Origin: Paramecium tetraurelia
Lineage: Eukaryota
Direction of reading: 5' to 3'
Assembly: GCA_000165425.1 (NCBI GenBank)
Contig: CT868507.1
Location: forward strand, 310,001 to 374,000
DNA: 64,000 nucleotides
In this document: one piece after another, positions 26,445-46,048 of the stretch
How positions within the stretch are numbered: the stretch's first letter is position 1
How the letters are laid out: every line of letters begins with the position of its first letter
Notes under the pieces: model-generated
Databases searched by the model: none
What the model saw: the letters and a program-made list of their open reading frames with translations, nothing else
What the model was told of the DNA's origin: nothing
Translations under genes and position numbers: made by a program

Positions 26445-27186
26445 AAGTTATTTTAATGAATGTTACGTCAGCTAAAAAATGAAGAACTAATTTCTATGAA
26501 AAGAGTACTAAAAATTCTGGAAAATAAGAATTTTGATAAAAATCATACAATTCTAAGAACCATCTGAAAAAAAAAAAGTGGAAAAATGAAACAATCCTTT
26601 TTTTTTAACATAGATATAAAAGTATATAAATATATAATTAAACTTCAACCAAAATATACATGTTAGATCGATGTTTAAACTTAAATAATCTTGTCAAAGT
26701 TGCACCTTAGGTTATCATGTTTTGTTTACATTGTATGAGTTAAGTTAGAATATTTAGAAGTATTTTCAGGTGCAACCATTTATACGTAAAAATGAGCATT
26801 TTAATAAAGAATAATAAAATAAATTTGTGGAAAATATTTTGATACTCAACCAAAATATAATTATTGATTAATAATCATATAAATTTCTATCAATACCTAT
26901 TATGAATTGAATTTCAAATCTACTTACGGTGATTCAATGATTTTCTATTTATGGTATAGTAATCTACCTGAAGTGTTGTTTAAAGAATGCTGATTCTTGT
27001 GACTAATAAATTCAGTTATCTTTTTAAGTTGAATAATCTATATCTCATTTTTGCATTTAGAAGGCAGTAGTTCGAATTATAATCATTATATTTTGGGGTT
27101 ATTATGTATGGTTTGATTATTTTGGAGAATGGGAGAAACCTATGAGAAATTCCACTTTTCTTAATTTCTATAAATTATTTTAACGG

Positions 27187-28628
27187 ATGCTTCATCAATT
27201 TTAGGAGTTGGAAAAGCTGGGTTCAGGGTCGTTCAGCGAGGTTTGGAAGGTATTTAGCATTATGTAAATAGGTAATGAGGAGGGTTGACCATCAAGTTTA
27301 TGCAATGAAGAAAATAAAAATGGGTACTCTTAATGAGAAAGAGAAATAGAACGCTCTAAATGAAATTAGACTATTAGCTTCTTTGAATCAGGAGTTCATT
27401 ATAGGATACAAGGAGGCTTTTTATATTGATGGTATTGTTCTTCTGAATATGAAAGAAACCTAAACTTTGGGGATTATAATGGAATACGCCGATGGAGGAG
27501 ATGTTGCAAAATAAATTACAAACAAAAAGAACAAAACCCAAAAGTTTCAAGAACAGGATATCTGGCAAGCCCTGATCTAGATCACTCAGGGTTTGAAGGA
27601 ATTACATGAAAAACTGATATTTCACAGAGATGTTAAATCAGCCAACATTTTTATCTAAAATGGGGTCTATAAGTTAGGAGATCTAAACGTTTCGAAAATA
27701 GCCCAAAGAGGTCTATTGTACACTTAGACAGGCACTCCATGTAATTTTAGTTAAAGTAAATTGAGACTATGCATCACCCGAAATCTGGAGAGATGAACCA
27801 TACGACAATAAATCAGACATCTGGTCCTTAGGGTGTGTTTTGTATGAGATGTGCAATCTGCATCCTCCATTTCAAGCTTTGGATATGGAAGGCCTGTATA
27901 AAAAGATCCAGAAAGGAATCTACCCTGCCATAAATGGGTATAGTAATTAATTAGTTTCATTGATTGGTTAAATGTTGAGGCTTAATGCATCAGCTAGACC
28001 TAGTTGTGATTAGATTTTAAATAGTAATTTAATGAATTCTGATTTTAGTAGATTGTACATCAAAACACCCTCTATAGCTATTAATAAAAGAATGATGAAA
28101 ACAATCTAACTTCCCAAAAATCTTAATACACTCAATGATATTCTACCAACAAAGAAGTACTACAATGAAAACAAAGAAAATGATAATGAATCTGTTAGAT
28201 ATAGTGTTTAATCTTCAAAACTTATACCCTTAAATAGAAAATCAGTCAATAATTCTTGCATTGAATATGAGAAAAGATTCTACAGAATTGCCTCTGTTCA
28301 TGAAGAAATATTACCAACCTTGCCATCTGAATATCGATAACCAAAGGTTGTTACAAGAAGAAGACCAAGTAGTTAATATAAAGAAGAGGAAATAAACCTA
28401 GAAAAAAGAGCTGAGGCTATTGTCTCAAGAAAATAGTTATAAAAATAATTATCTGAATAACACCCTCTGCCAAAACCTGTTTTAAAGAAATAAATGAGCA
28501 ATCTTCCTTATTTATACAGAAACGTCAATGAATCAGAAAGATAAGAAAATAACAAATCTAAATATCATCAATCTCCTAATAACTATGCTCGTAGGAATAT
28601 TAGGAAATAAATTACTTCATAATAATGA
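27187..28628 (+). CDS. NIMA-related kinase (NEK)
   Basis: [59 protein letters not shown]. Confidence 0.92.
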
Positions 28629-29214
28629 TTTCTATTTAAATTATAAACAAATATCTTTTATGATTTTATTCTTATTACTAATAGAAATATTTATTTATTT
28701 ACATGTTTTCGAATTAAATTTATAAATATCAACTTCGTATTGAAATCTAAATAAATTTGAACATCTTAAACTTCGTTAAAAATAGGGACCAACTTTATTT
28801 TCAGCTCTAGAATCATGAGTTCATGAACTAAAATAATTAAAAAATATCAGTCATTCAGTATTGAATGATAGAATTTTTAAAGAAATATTTCTATTCTTAA
28901 TTAATATATACCAATAACTTCCTTAAAATATGAGATTTTCACTATTATTGCTGAAAATGGTGAAATATAAAAATTAAATAAAAAACAGCAATATTTTATC
29001 AATATATAATCTCTTATAATAAGGGTAGCTAATATATAAATGTTAAAATTATTGGAATCAAATTCAGTAATAAATTGTGGCAAAAGAGAGTCAAATTTTA
29101 TTAGTTATATGTTAAGTGAATTGAAAGAAAATGGAATAAACATAAAGTGTGAGAACTCTTATTAGAAACTTTTCAATTAATGAAATTACTACAATTAATA
29201 AAAATTGTTATACA

Positions 29215-30922
29215 ATGATAAACTCAATTAAGAACTAATTTAAACAATAGTTGGAATTACTGCAGGATAAGAAGTACAAAAAGCCTGCTTTTGAGGCTTA
29301 TAACATGAAGAGAGCCTTCGTTACTTTGGATCAAGCATTTGAGTATGTTGGAGACAATTCCAAATATTAATAGAGGATCACATTATTATTATGCATTTAG
29401 TTTTTGTTTTACTCTTTTTTTGTAATGGGTATGCCCTATTTATTATAAAATCCCTCCAAATACTGCACCGATGGAATTTGTATTGAATATCCTAATTGCA
29501 ACAATAGAATAGATAGTTTAATTGGATTTGATAGTATTGCGAAAGAATTTGGATTATTTTGTAATGGTAGAAAAGCCTTTATAGCGGCATTATTTTTTGT
29601 TGGTTAAATGTTTGGAGGATTTACATTTCCAATATTGGCAAATATTTTTGGAAGAAGAAAAATTTTATTATTTGGAATGACTTTAGGTGCAGTATCAATA
29701 TCTGTGGCTGCACTTTGTGATAGTTTATTATCTCTTTATACTTTATTCTTTATTGCAGGTTTTGGGTTGAGTGGATATGAGACAGTGGTTTATGTTTATA
29801 TTACTGAAATCAGTGCATTAAGATTTCGATCAATTGCTAGTTCCTTATTAATTGTTGTTTGGAGTTCCTCAATGCTTATATATCCATTTATAGTTGATAT
29901 TTTGCAATCATGGAGATTGTTAATGATGTGGAGTATCGGAGTTCCTCTATTAGTAACAGTAGTATTGGATTACTTTTACTTTGTCGAATCGCCAAGATGG
30001 CTTATTTCTAAATAATAATATGATGAATGCAGAAGAGTATTTAGATTTATGAGTATCTTTAATAAAAGAAGACCATTTGAATTCAATTTCATGGAAGAAT
30101 TAGATAAATTCAATAATCGATGTGTAAGAATAGCATCTGTCAAGAGAGTGGAAACCTAAATTAATTTAACACAGCAATCTAATTAGAATGCTGGATATTG
30201 GGAATTGATGAAAAGATCAAAATTATTAATACAAACTTCGATTCTAGTTCAGATGTGGTTTTTGAGATATTTCACATATTATGGTCTACAATTCTCAGTA
30301 TCCACATTCGGAATATCAATGACTACTACATTAAGAATATTGGCTTTAGTTGAATTAATGACTGGAATGTCAAGCTGTAATATTATTATCTATAAATTAG
30401 TATATTTTAAGTTGAAATATCCTAGAATCATTTCATTATAGTTTTGTCTGCTTACAATGATATTTAGTGCCACATTGGCTTATATCGATGTGCCTTTAGA
30501 GTGTTAAGGTTCTTTGTGTTGGCAATAGATTCTCCATTTGCTCAGTGCTATATTGATTAAAGCTAGCATCACTATCTATAATTCAATGCTTAACACATAT
30601 ACTGGAGAGGCTTATGTAACGACTGTCAGATCATATGGCTATGGGTTTTGCATGACTTTTGGGTAACTCGGAAGCACATTTGCTCCCTTGTATGTGTCTT
30701 ACATGTAGGAGATCTATCAATAGGCAAATGCAATTACGATTGTTGGTATATTGGCATTGATTGCTCTTGGATTGACATGGTGTGTATTAATTTTAACAAG
30801 TCTATTCTAGGTTTTTGCATGAGACATATAAAAAGGACATGTATGACAACTTGACTGATGAAGTTATGGCAAACTAAACTCTTCCCCTGATTAATGAAAT
30901 CGAACTTGAACAATTAAGATGA
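29215..30922 (+). CDS. MFS organic cation/SLC22-like transporter
   Basis: EFGLFC, FGRRK loop, YVYITEI, ESPRWLI, EAYVTTVRSYGYG. Confidence 0.85.
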
Positions 30923-30947
30923 TGATTAATATAATTATATTTTTTTT

Positions 30948-32488
30948 ATGCAACAGTTGAGGAGCAGCCATTTCTAATTAGGTCAAACCGATCAAAGTAT
31001 TATGTTAATGCATTATACTCTTAGAAAATCAGTTCACTTCAACCATGAAAATGAATTTCAAAGGAGATAAAGTAAATGATTAAGCCACTGGAGTTGGAGA
31101 CAAATTGAATTTAAGGGGAGTTCATTTTCATTTGGGAGAGTCGAAACGTACACTTTGAATTCCTATTTTAGCTTCCTACAACACAATTTTCAAGACTGAT
31201 TTTTAAGGCAAACAAATAGGTGAACCTGCGACCTTGAATGAAGAAAAAAAAAATGACTTAAGAACAAATCATTTTGTCCTCGGTCATCAATAGGCTTAGC
31301 AAGTATCAATTACAAGGGCAACATATAATGAAAAACCGCTCCAACCAGGATTATAAAATGAACAAGAAAGTAAAATGCATATATCCTAAATATGAGTACA
31401 AAAAAATAAAATGAGATCACATCATCACAATTTCGCAGAAAGTTCTCATAAAATGATGCAAACTAATTATAACTAATAATATCAACCTCAACAATTAGAA
31501 CCAAAACAGGATTTAGCAGAGAGAGCAAGACAATTAAGGGTCTCCAATATATTTCTAGGCAAGGAGGTAACTTAAACCACAAAATATCTTATTAGTAAGT
31601 CCCCATGATTACAGCCTAACAAGAAGACTACAATAAGAAGGAGGGAGGAGCTTAGGCCTCCTTCAAACCAGGATTTTAATCAACTCATTTTAACTTTGGT
31701 AATGCAAATGCTGATTTCAAAACCATGAATCAAGAATTCTTTCATGAACAGGAAATCACTAAAAACCAATTTGCTGAAGAGAATAGATAAAATCTAAGAG
31801 GTTATAATACTTAAAATTGTTTTTAGCAACTCATTTTACACTTGGTAAAGATAATTAACCATATCAATCTGAATAAATGTCACATTTCAGACCACATTCA
31901 GAAAATAAAATTAATTATATCAACAACACTCCTGCTCTACAAGGAAGTCATTTTACTATTGGGGATCCAAGATTTATGAATCATAAGACTTAAACTTTCT
32001 ATAATTCAACCATGAAGCCACCTGAATAATAGTAAAATTCATAGGCAAGAGACTAACAAATGGATAGAGGGTCTAATTTTAAAGTTGGAACAGATAACAT
32101 TTCATATAAATCAGAAATGCAATCCCAGTAAGATTATTTAATTCAAAATTTAAGTTTTAAGAATCCATCAGGATAACCGGCTTAGTTATCAGAAAAATTG
32201 TTAAAAGATTTACGATCATCTCATTTTGGTTTGAATGATAATGTTAGTAAAAATACCTTCATGACTACAAAATAAATGGAAGCTTTGAATCAACAATCAG
32301 GACAACCAAATAAGTTAGATCCACATGCTAGTGCCAATTTAAGGTCTCATCATTTCAACCTTGGTTAGACAAAAGGAGATTTAATTTCATAAACACATGA
32401 CATACATAGACCATTAATAGGAAAACCTAATACATTAAATTAGTAGCAAGCCAACAATCTAAGAAAACATCATTTTGCATTATCATGA
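30948..32488 (+). CDS. Tandem-repeat protein with 12 LRxxHFxLG units; candidate microtubule inner protein (SAXO5/TEX45-like)
   Basis: Repeats LRSSHFQLG, LRGVHFHLG, LRTNHFVLG .. LRKHHFALS, most followed by a T/S-x4-5-F/Y element. About six tiny introns. Confidence 0.7.
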
Positions 32489-32520
32489 TATCATAAGATA
32501 ATAATAATTTATGAATATCC

Positions 32521-32980
32521 TCATCTATTATCAAGTTTGGGGGTAAATTATGATAGGGTTTAATCAAAATGCTATCTTAATTTTTCAATTGCATTATTGG
32601 TTTGCACAGTTAGTTTTTCCTAAAATTATTTTTATTCCATTAACAACCTATCTTCCTATTTCTACTATTTGACTCTTCTTAATTACTCACATGAATCCTA
32701 CGTTAATTATTTTTAATTCAATAATTCTTATTCTAATATCATTATTTTTTTTCTGTGATTTTCTAAGTCCCCTAATAACTCAGATATCATTTATTTCTTA
32801 TTTTTTATAAATAATCATTACATTGTCATAGTTTTCAAGCTTAAGTTTTTAAATTTAGTCGTTTGATTCATGAAAATCTTTTCTATATTTTAAAGCTTTC
32901 ATTTTATAATTGGGATAATCATCATCATCAGAACTTTATGGATACTCAAGAAGTGCTTTTGCATGTTTTTCTAAGTTCAT
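32521..32980 (-). CDS. Small coiled-coil hypothetical protein
   Basis: MNLEKHAKALLEYPQSSDDDD.. with two putative 24-25 nt introns, TGA at 32521-32523. Confidence 0.55.
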
Positions 32981-33052
32981 AGATATTCGTTAATTATCAA
33001 TATAAAATTATATATACTATTATTTAATGTATTTATTTATCAATTTACTTAA

Positions 33053-33973
33053 TCAAAGATCTAAGTCTTATTTCTTATTTTTCTTAGACTTTTAGTTTCT
33101 CCTTTCAATTTCTTATTTCACTCTTTCTAAGTCCTAGAATAATTTATAAAATTACTTTATCAACTTGATGTGTGCCAGCTTATTATTTTTTGGCTTTTTC
33201 TGCTAAAACCTTTTTGATATCAACTTTTTCAGGTTATTGTTATTATTGTTATTATTACTATTATTATTATTATTATTATTATTCAGGTTATTTTTCTGTA
33301 GCAGCTTAGGCTGGTTATTTATCAGCATCCTTATTTTTATTTTTTTTCTTCTTTTTTTTTTCCTAATCTCCAGCTTATTCAGTTTCTTTTTGAGTAAACC
33401 CTAATTCATTCAAAATAGCATCTAAATCCTCGTTTTCTTTTTTCTTTTAATCTTTCTTCTTCTATTATTATTATTTTTCTTCTTGAGTTTATTTTTGTTT
33501 CAAAACTAATGTAGTATTAAAATATACATACTTTGGTATTAATCGACCTACTCTTCCTTAGGTTATTCTTATTCTTTAGTCTATTATTCAGATTCGACTT
33601 ATTCTTCAGGTTTTTATTCCTCTTCGTCACTGTCATTCAAAAGTCCTTGGAAATTGTTTTTCTATAGAGATATAAATTTGATTACACTTGGTTTGATTCT
33701 TCGAGCCTCTAATGCAGCTTATTACTCTTTTTAAATTTGTTCAGCCTATTTCTTTTACAACTCCTTGAGTCTAACCCATTCTGGCTTATGATGCTTTTGA
33801 TATGGTTTTTTTGACTATTTCTTTTGTTCATTATTTTATTCTTATGGTTATTCTTATTAGACTTCTTGAGCCTAATTTTCTTAAACTTATGTTTCTTAAG
33901 CTTGTGGTTGAGTAATTTCTTCATCATCTGAGATTTCTGCCCAATTGACATTTGGAGTGGTACTTTCAGCCAT
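33053..33973 (-). CDS. K/E/Q-rich low-complexity protein with polyQ
   Basis: MAESTTPNVNWAEISDDEE..EDLDAILNELG..KKKKKKNK..Q16. Three short introns. Confidence 0.7.
33234..33281 (-). repeat. (TAA)n microsatellite encoding Q16 (13 TAA, 2 CAA, 1 TAG)
   Basis: Direct reading of tta/ttg/cta triplets in frame with the host CDS. Confidence 0.85.
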
Positions 33974-34022
33974 TTCAAGATATAAATAATTTTTAAATAT
34001 TTTACAAAGTTAATAATCAAAA

Positions 34023-36483
<2,461 letters not shown>

Positions 36484-36701
36484 AATTTAATTATTATCCG
36501 CGAAATTATATTGAAAGCGCCAATTAATAATAACAAGTTTTAAATATTTTATAACCAAAAAATTATCATATTATAATTACATTCATTATTTTCTTTAGAC
36601 ACTCATTTTAGGTAGGAAGTAGTTTGTAAATCAAAATTTGCTCTGCTTAAGGAGTATATTCTCTTTTTCAAAACAATTATGCGATTACTTAAGTATCAAT
36701 A

Positions 36702-37766
36702 ATGTTCACAGAGGGTGTATCACTTTTTGATATGATTTTTTCAGAGTTAGTTGTTCCATGTGACTTTAGACTTATGATTAATTTAATTTTAATGAATTAA
36801 GCTAACCTCATTTAGTGTTAAGTTTTAGATCCTTAATTGAAACCTCTTCTGAGGGAAAATAACGACACTCCTTTCTAAAGGAAGTCGTTACTCATCAAAT
36901 TTAATTCTGCAAAAATCTGTCAAGTTGTTATTAGTAACATTCATAATTACATTTTTGATTAGAATTAAATCAGAAACCTAGAAATATTGTAGCTACTTTA
37001 ACTAATCTCTAGAACTAATCATCCAAAACCAATTAGTTAGGCTGTATAATTTCACTACTTTACTAACGAGAATAAAAAAGTCATTTATAATAGCTCGATT
37101 AACACGAATTAGGTAACAATGATCTGAATATGTAGTTCTACACTGGTCTTCAAATTAAGATAGAACAGGATGATGTGTCCTTTTATAATATCCAATTATA
37201 TGGCGAAGAAAGCACCAAAACGAAACAAAGTACTTTGGATAATTTCATCCTAAAACCTTTCTTAACTTGATAATGATACTGGTACATTCAAGAATTTCAC
37301 AGACGCTCTATCATCTAATAGAGATCCGGCAGGAAGACTAAAAAAGAATGTGAATAAAAATGCGTTGAAATAGAAACAAGATTATGAGGAAGCAATAGAG
37401 AATAGTTTGATCAGTGCTTAATATGAATAGATGAATTAAAAACATATTTAGGAATCCAAAAATGATGACAATTCTGGATATTAGAATGAAGAATTTTAAA
37501 TTCAGGAAGAGGATGATTTGAGTTTAGAGATTTTGATGCAAAAATAGGATTAACAGCAATATTCATATGAACAGAAGAAACACCCGTAGATCATGATTGA
37601 AAATCTAGGATATACTGATAAGAAAAATCATACAGACTAAAAAAAAGGATCTTAGCATTAATGGAATGGCGGCGATCCAATAAAATTGCATCTTATGTAA
37701 AAGTATAGACCTGGGGATATCAATCTGGCTTTTATGAAAATGCATTAATTAAGTAGAAGTCTTTGA
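36702..37766 (+). CDS. Hypothetical protein (boundaries and exons uncertain)
   Basis: Long table-6 open stretch 37320-37766 with an acidic/Q-rich composition; 5' exons unresolved. Confidence 0.35.
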
Positions 37767-37845
37767 TAATTTGTAGTGGAGCAATCTAGTGGAGTGAAGA
37801 GATTTCTAGAAAATGTGATGTATAATTGATATTATAAAATAAATA

Positions 37846-38831
37846 ATGGCACAAAATCCTGCCATCATCGAAGTGGCTGAGAATCCTGAGGAAATCAAAA
37901 AGAAGATCAAAGCCTTGCCATTGAAGGAGAAGTTGAAAGCAGTGGCTTTGAATTATTACTTGTAATAGAAAAAGAAGTTGGATATTGAATTGGAGAAGGA
38001 AATGAAAAAACTTCAAATTCAATTTGATGAGAAGGCAGCAAAAATATATAAAGCAGTAGATATGATGAAATAACAGATAGTCAAATGAAATTATTGAAGG
38101 GACGCGTTTGCTTACAGAAGAGGAATTGAAGGATGTTGATTTTTATCTGGAAGGAGAGGAAGCCACACAGAAGAATCAGGCCTTGACAGCTGAGCCAATC
38201 AATGGTTATTGGTTTAAAGCATTGAAGAATTCAGATATCATAGCGTAAGAAATTAAGGACAGAGATGATCCTATTTTAAAATCGCTTACAAAGATCGAAT
38301 ATGAACCTCAAGAGAAAAGCGACAATTTTTCATTGAATTTCTATTTTGCTCCAAATGATTACTTCAAAAACTCAGTTCTGAAGAAAAAGTTTATATTGAA
38401 AGGTGTAAATTATTGATTAATGTTTGAAGATGGCGAAAACCCTGTGAAAAGTGAAGGTACGATTATCGAATGGAATGATGGTAAGAACGTAACTCGAAAG
38501 TTGATAAAGAAAAAAACAATTGGAGAAGAAGAGTGGTATAGTAAAGACGATCTCCCAGGAAGTGGATGCTGAAAGCTTTTTCATCTTCTTTAAACCAATC
38601 AATTTAGAAGACAAAGAGCAAATAGAGAAATGGGTGTAAGAAAATAAATTGGATAAATATGCAGAACGTATGGATATCGATTATGATATTGCTCGTATGA
38701 TTATAGATGAGATCATTCCTTATTCATTGGAGTATTATTTGGGAGTCAAAATTAATGATGCCTTTGATGATATTGAGGAGGTGGATGCTGAATCATCAAA
38801 GGGTAGTGATGAAGAGGAAGAAAACAAATGA
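37846..38831 (+). CDS. Nucleosome assembly protein (NAP1/SET family)
   Basis: INGYWFKALKN, DRDDPILKSL, FYFAPNDYFKNSVLKK, GTIIEWNDGKNVT, ESFFIFF, IIPYSLEYYLG, acidic tail. Confidence 0.93.
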
Positions 38832-39015
38832 GGAAATAATAGATGAATTGATGAATATAAACAGTTAAATTAATTATTATAAATTTTATAATAATTATTA
38901 TAATATAAATTATAAATAAGATATTGAGGCTGAATTATATTACGTATTAAACTCAAAGTTCATATCCTCAGATAAATATCTTGATATTAATTTATATAAA
39001 TAAGATTCAAATTTC

Positions 39016-40606
39016 ATGTACGTAAAACCATTGCCCTCTCTAACTCATATCGGCAGATATTATGTCCGCATCATAAAGGACTTGTCAGTTGTCAAATAAA
39101 TCCCAGCTGGATCAACAGTGCTTGTTGGTGGCTTTGGATTATGCGGTATTCCAGAGTGCAGCATCAATGCCTTAAAGGAGGCAGGCACAAAGAATATCAC
39201 TGTAGTCAGCAATAATTGTGGCACTACAGATCTAGGATTAGGATTACTGCTAAATAATGGGTAATTGAAGAGAGTGATAGCCTCATATGCAGGAGAAAAT
39301 CACAATTTGGCCAAGTAACACAATAATACAATCATCTCTAGATAGTACTTTGATGGAACTTTGGAGTTAGAATTAGTCCCTTAAGGCACCTTGGCTGAAA
39401 AATTGAGAGCTGCTGGTGCTGGTATTCCTGCATTTTACACACACACTGGAACGGATACAGTTGTAGAGAAAGGTGGAATTCCCATCAAATATAGCAAGGG
39501 TGGAAACTCAGTTGAAATTGAATCTAAACCAAAGCCTGTAATATCTTGTTATTTGACTCTTTTAGGTTGAATATTTCAATGGCAAGAAGTACATTAGAGA
39601 AGATTCTATTTGGGGAGACTATGCCTTGATCAAGGCCAATGTTGCTGATACCAATGGTAATCTTAGATTTGTGGGAACAGCCAGAAATTTCAACCAAGAC
39701 ATGGTCAAAGCAGCTAAAGTTGTTATTGCAGAAGTCGATTCCATTGTGCCAGTTGGAAGCTTTGGTTTTGACTAAGCACATGTCAATGGGATATACGTTG
39801 ACTATCTCTATTAAGGCAATAACTATCTGAAGACTGTCGAGAGACTAGTTTACGATTAAAGCGTATATGATAAGAATAAAGGTATAAGAGTCATATTATT
39901 TGTAGATATCAAGCCATAAGGAAAATAGAATGCAATAAGAAATAGAATTGCAAAGAGAGCTGCCTAAGAGTTCCAACGACGGCATGTATGTGAATTTGGG
40001 TATCGGAATCCCAACTCTCATACCAGCATTCCTTGATAAAAGCATGACAATTCATTTCCATACAGAAATTGGTGCAATTGGAGTTGGTCCATATCCTAAA
40101 TTAGGCCAAGAATTAGGTGATCTTTAAAATGCAGGAAAAGAATCATGCACATTGAATCCTGGTGCCACTACTTTTGAAAGTAGTGAGTCCTTTGGCATCA
40201 TCAGAGGAGGACATTTAGATATGACCGTATTGGGAGCTATGTAAATCACAAAACAAGGAGATATTGCTAATTGGGTCATTCCAGGAAAGATGGTGAAAGG
40301 AATGGGAGGAGCTATGGATTTAGTTGCTTCTGGATCTAAAGTGTTGGTAGTCATGGAACACACTGCCAAAGGAGAGGTGAAATTCGTTAATCAATTGTAA
40401 TATCCAGCAACAGGAATGAACAAAGTTAGTCAAGTTATTACAGGTATTTAATATACTTAATATCATAGACAAGGCTGTATTTGTTAAGAGAGATGGTTAA
40501 ATTGGTTTTGACAGAAATCTCAAGTGATACTACTCTTGAATGGGTTAGAGCCAATACAGGATTCGAATTAACAGTTGCAGACGATCTAAAAACCTTCTAA
40601 GTTTGA
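39016..40606 (+). CDS. OXCT1: Succinyl-CoA:3-oxoacid CoA-transferase (SCOT), mitochondrial; two +1 frameshifts
   Basis: [81 protein letters not shown]. The N-terminus resembles a mitochondrial presequence. Confidence 0.93.
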
Positions 40607-40626
40607 TACAAAATAATATATTAATT

Positions 40627-41617
40627 ATGGTTAAATAATAAAAAAAATCCAAAATCACTGTCATTCCTCCTCAACCAGATTTCCAAGAATAAGAAATCGA
40701 ATTATTATAAGAGGATCTCGATGATGATTTAATTAAGACTCTATCCAAAGCAAACACTAATTCTATTGCCACAATTGTATAAATTATTAGTTTTACATTT
40801 AGAAAGAAAAAGAGAAGAAGGTCGTGGAATTCAAATCCAGAGTTCTTGAATTGGTTGAGATTTTTGTTTCAAACACCAAGAACCCATCCATTTTTATTGA
40901 GAGAATTTATCCATTCATTAAAATGATAAGTGATTTCAAGAATCCTTAAAAAATTTAGTATATCAATAGAGTTTGTAAATTGATCCACTAAATCATACAA
41001 AAAGGAGACTTGGGAGAACATATTGATAATATGAAATAATGCTGTGAAACATTGATCACCTACTTGCATAAATGCTAAGACAAATCTATTAATAAGAGAT
41101 TCTTTGAATTGCTTGATCTCATTCTTAAATAGATTTCCTAATATGACAAGAAGGCAGTTGCAGACTCAATAGTCAAAGGCTTAGTGTTGATGAGGAAGAA
41201 CAGCAACATTTAAATGCAAAACATTAGAAAACTCATATTCAATTATTAATTTGCACTCGTACCAGTCATACTGAAATTATGTTAGTTGAGTGAAATTAAT
41301 GATAACTATGAAAGAAGCAAATATAATGTATATCACACACTCATATCATTTAGTTTAGTCATCTATTATTCACACTCATTCAAAATGAATAGATAAAGAA
41401 AAAGGTAATCACCAAAGATAAAGTAAAACAAGCAATTGTGAATTTAGCTTAACATACTCTGGAGAATCATACCAAATAGAATTACAAAAGAGTGGCGATT
41501 TTTAGATAAATCTTATTGTCCTACAAAACATTAGAATTGAATGAACTCCAAGAATAGATTTAGACATTCTAATCAGAAGATTAAAATATCTAACACATCA
41601 TTACCAAATTATAATGA
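40627..41617 (+). CDS. Hypothetical helical protein (weak resemblance to a MYBBP1A/Pol5 segment)
   Basis: Open in table 6 with short introns. An acidic patch is followed by EFKSRVLELVEIFV. Confidence 0.5.
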
Positions 41618-41638
41618 GTATATTATTCTATCAAACCA

Positions 41639-45953
<4,315 letters not shown>

Positions 45954-46048
45954 TTATAATTATTTATATTATTCAGAATCATCGTTTTCAGAAAATATGT
46001 AATCCTATTGATTAGATACCGTATAATATATAAACAAATAATTTATTT

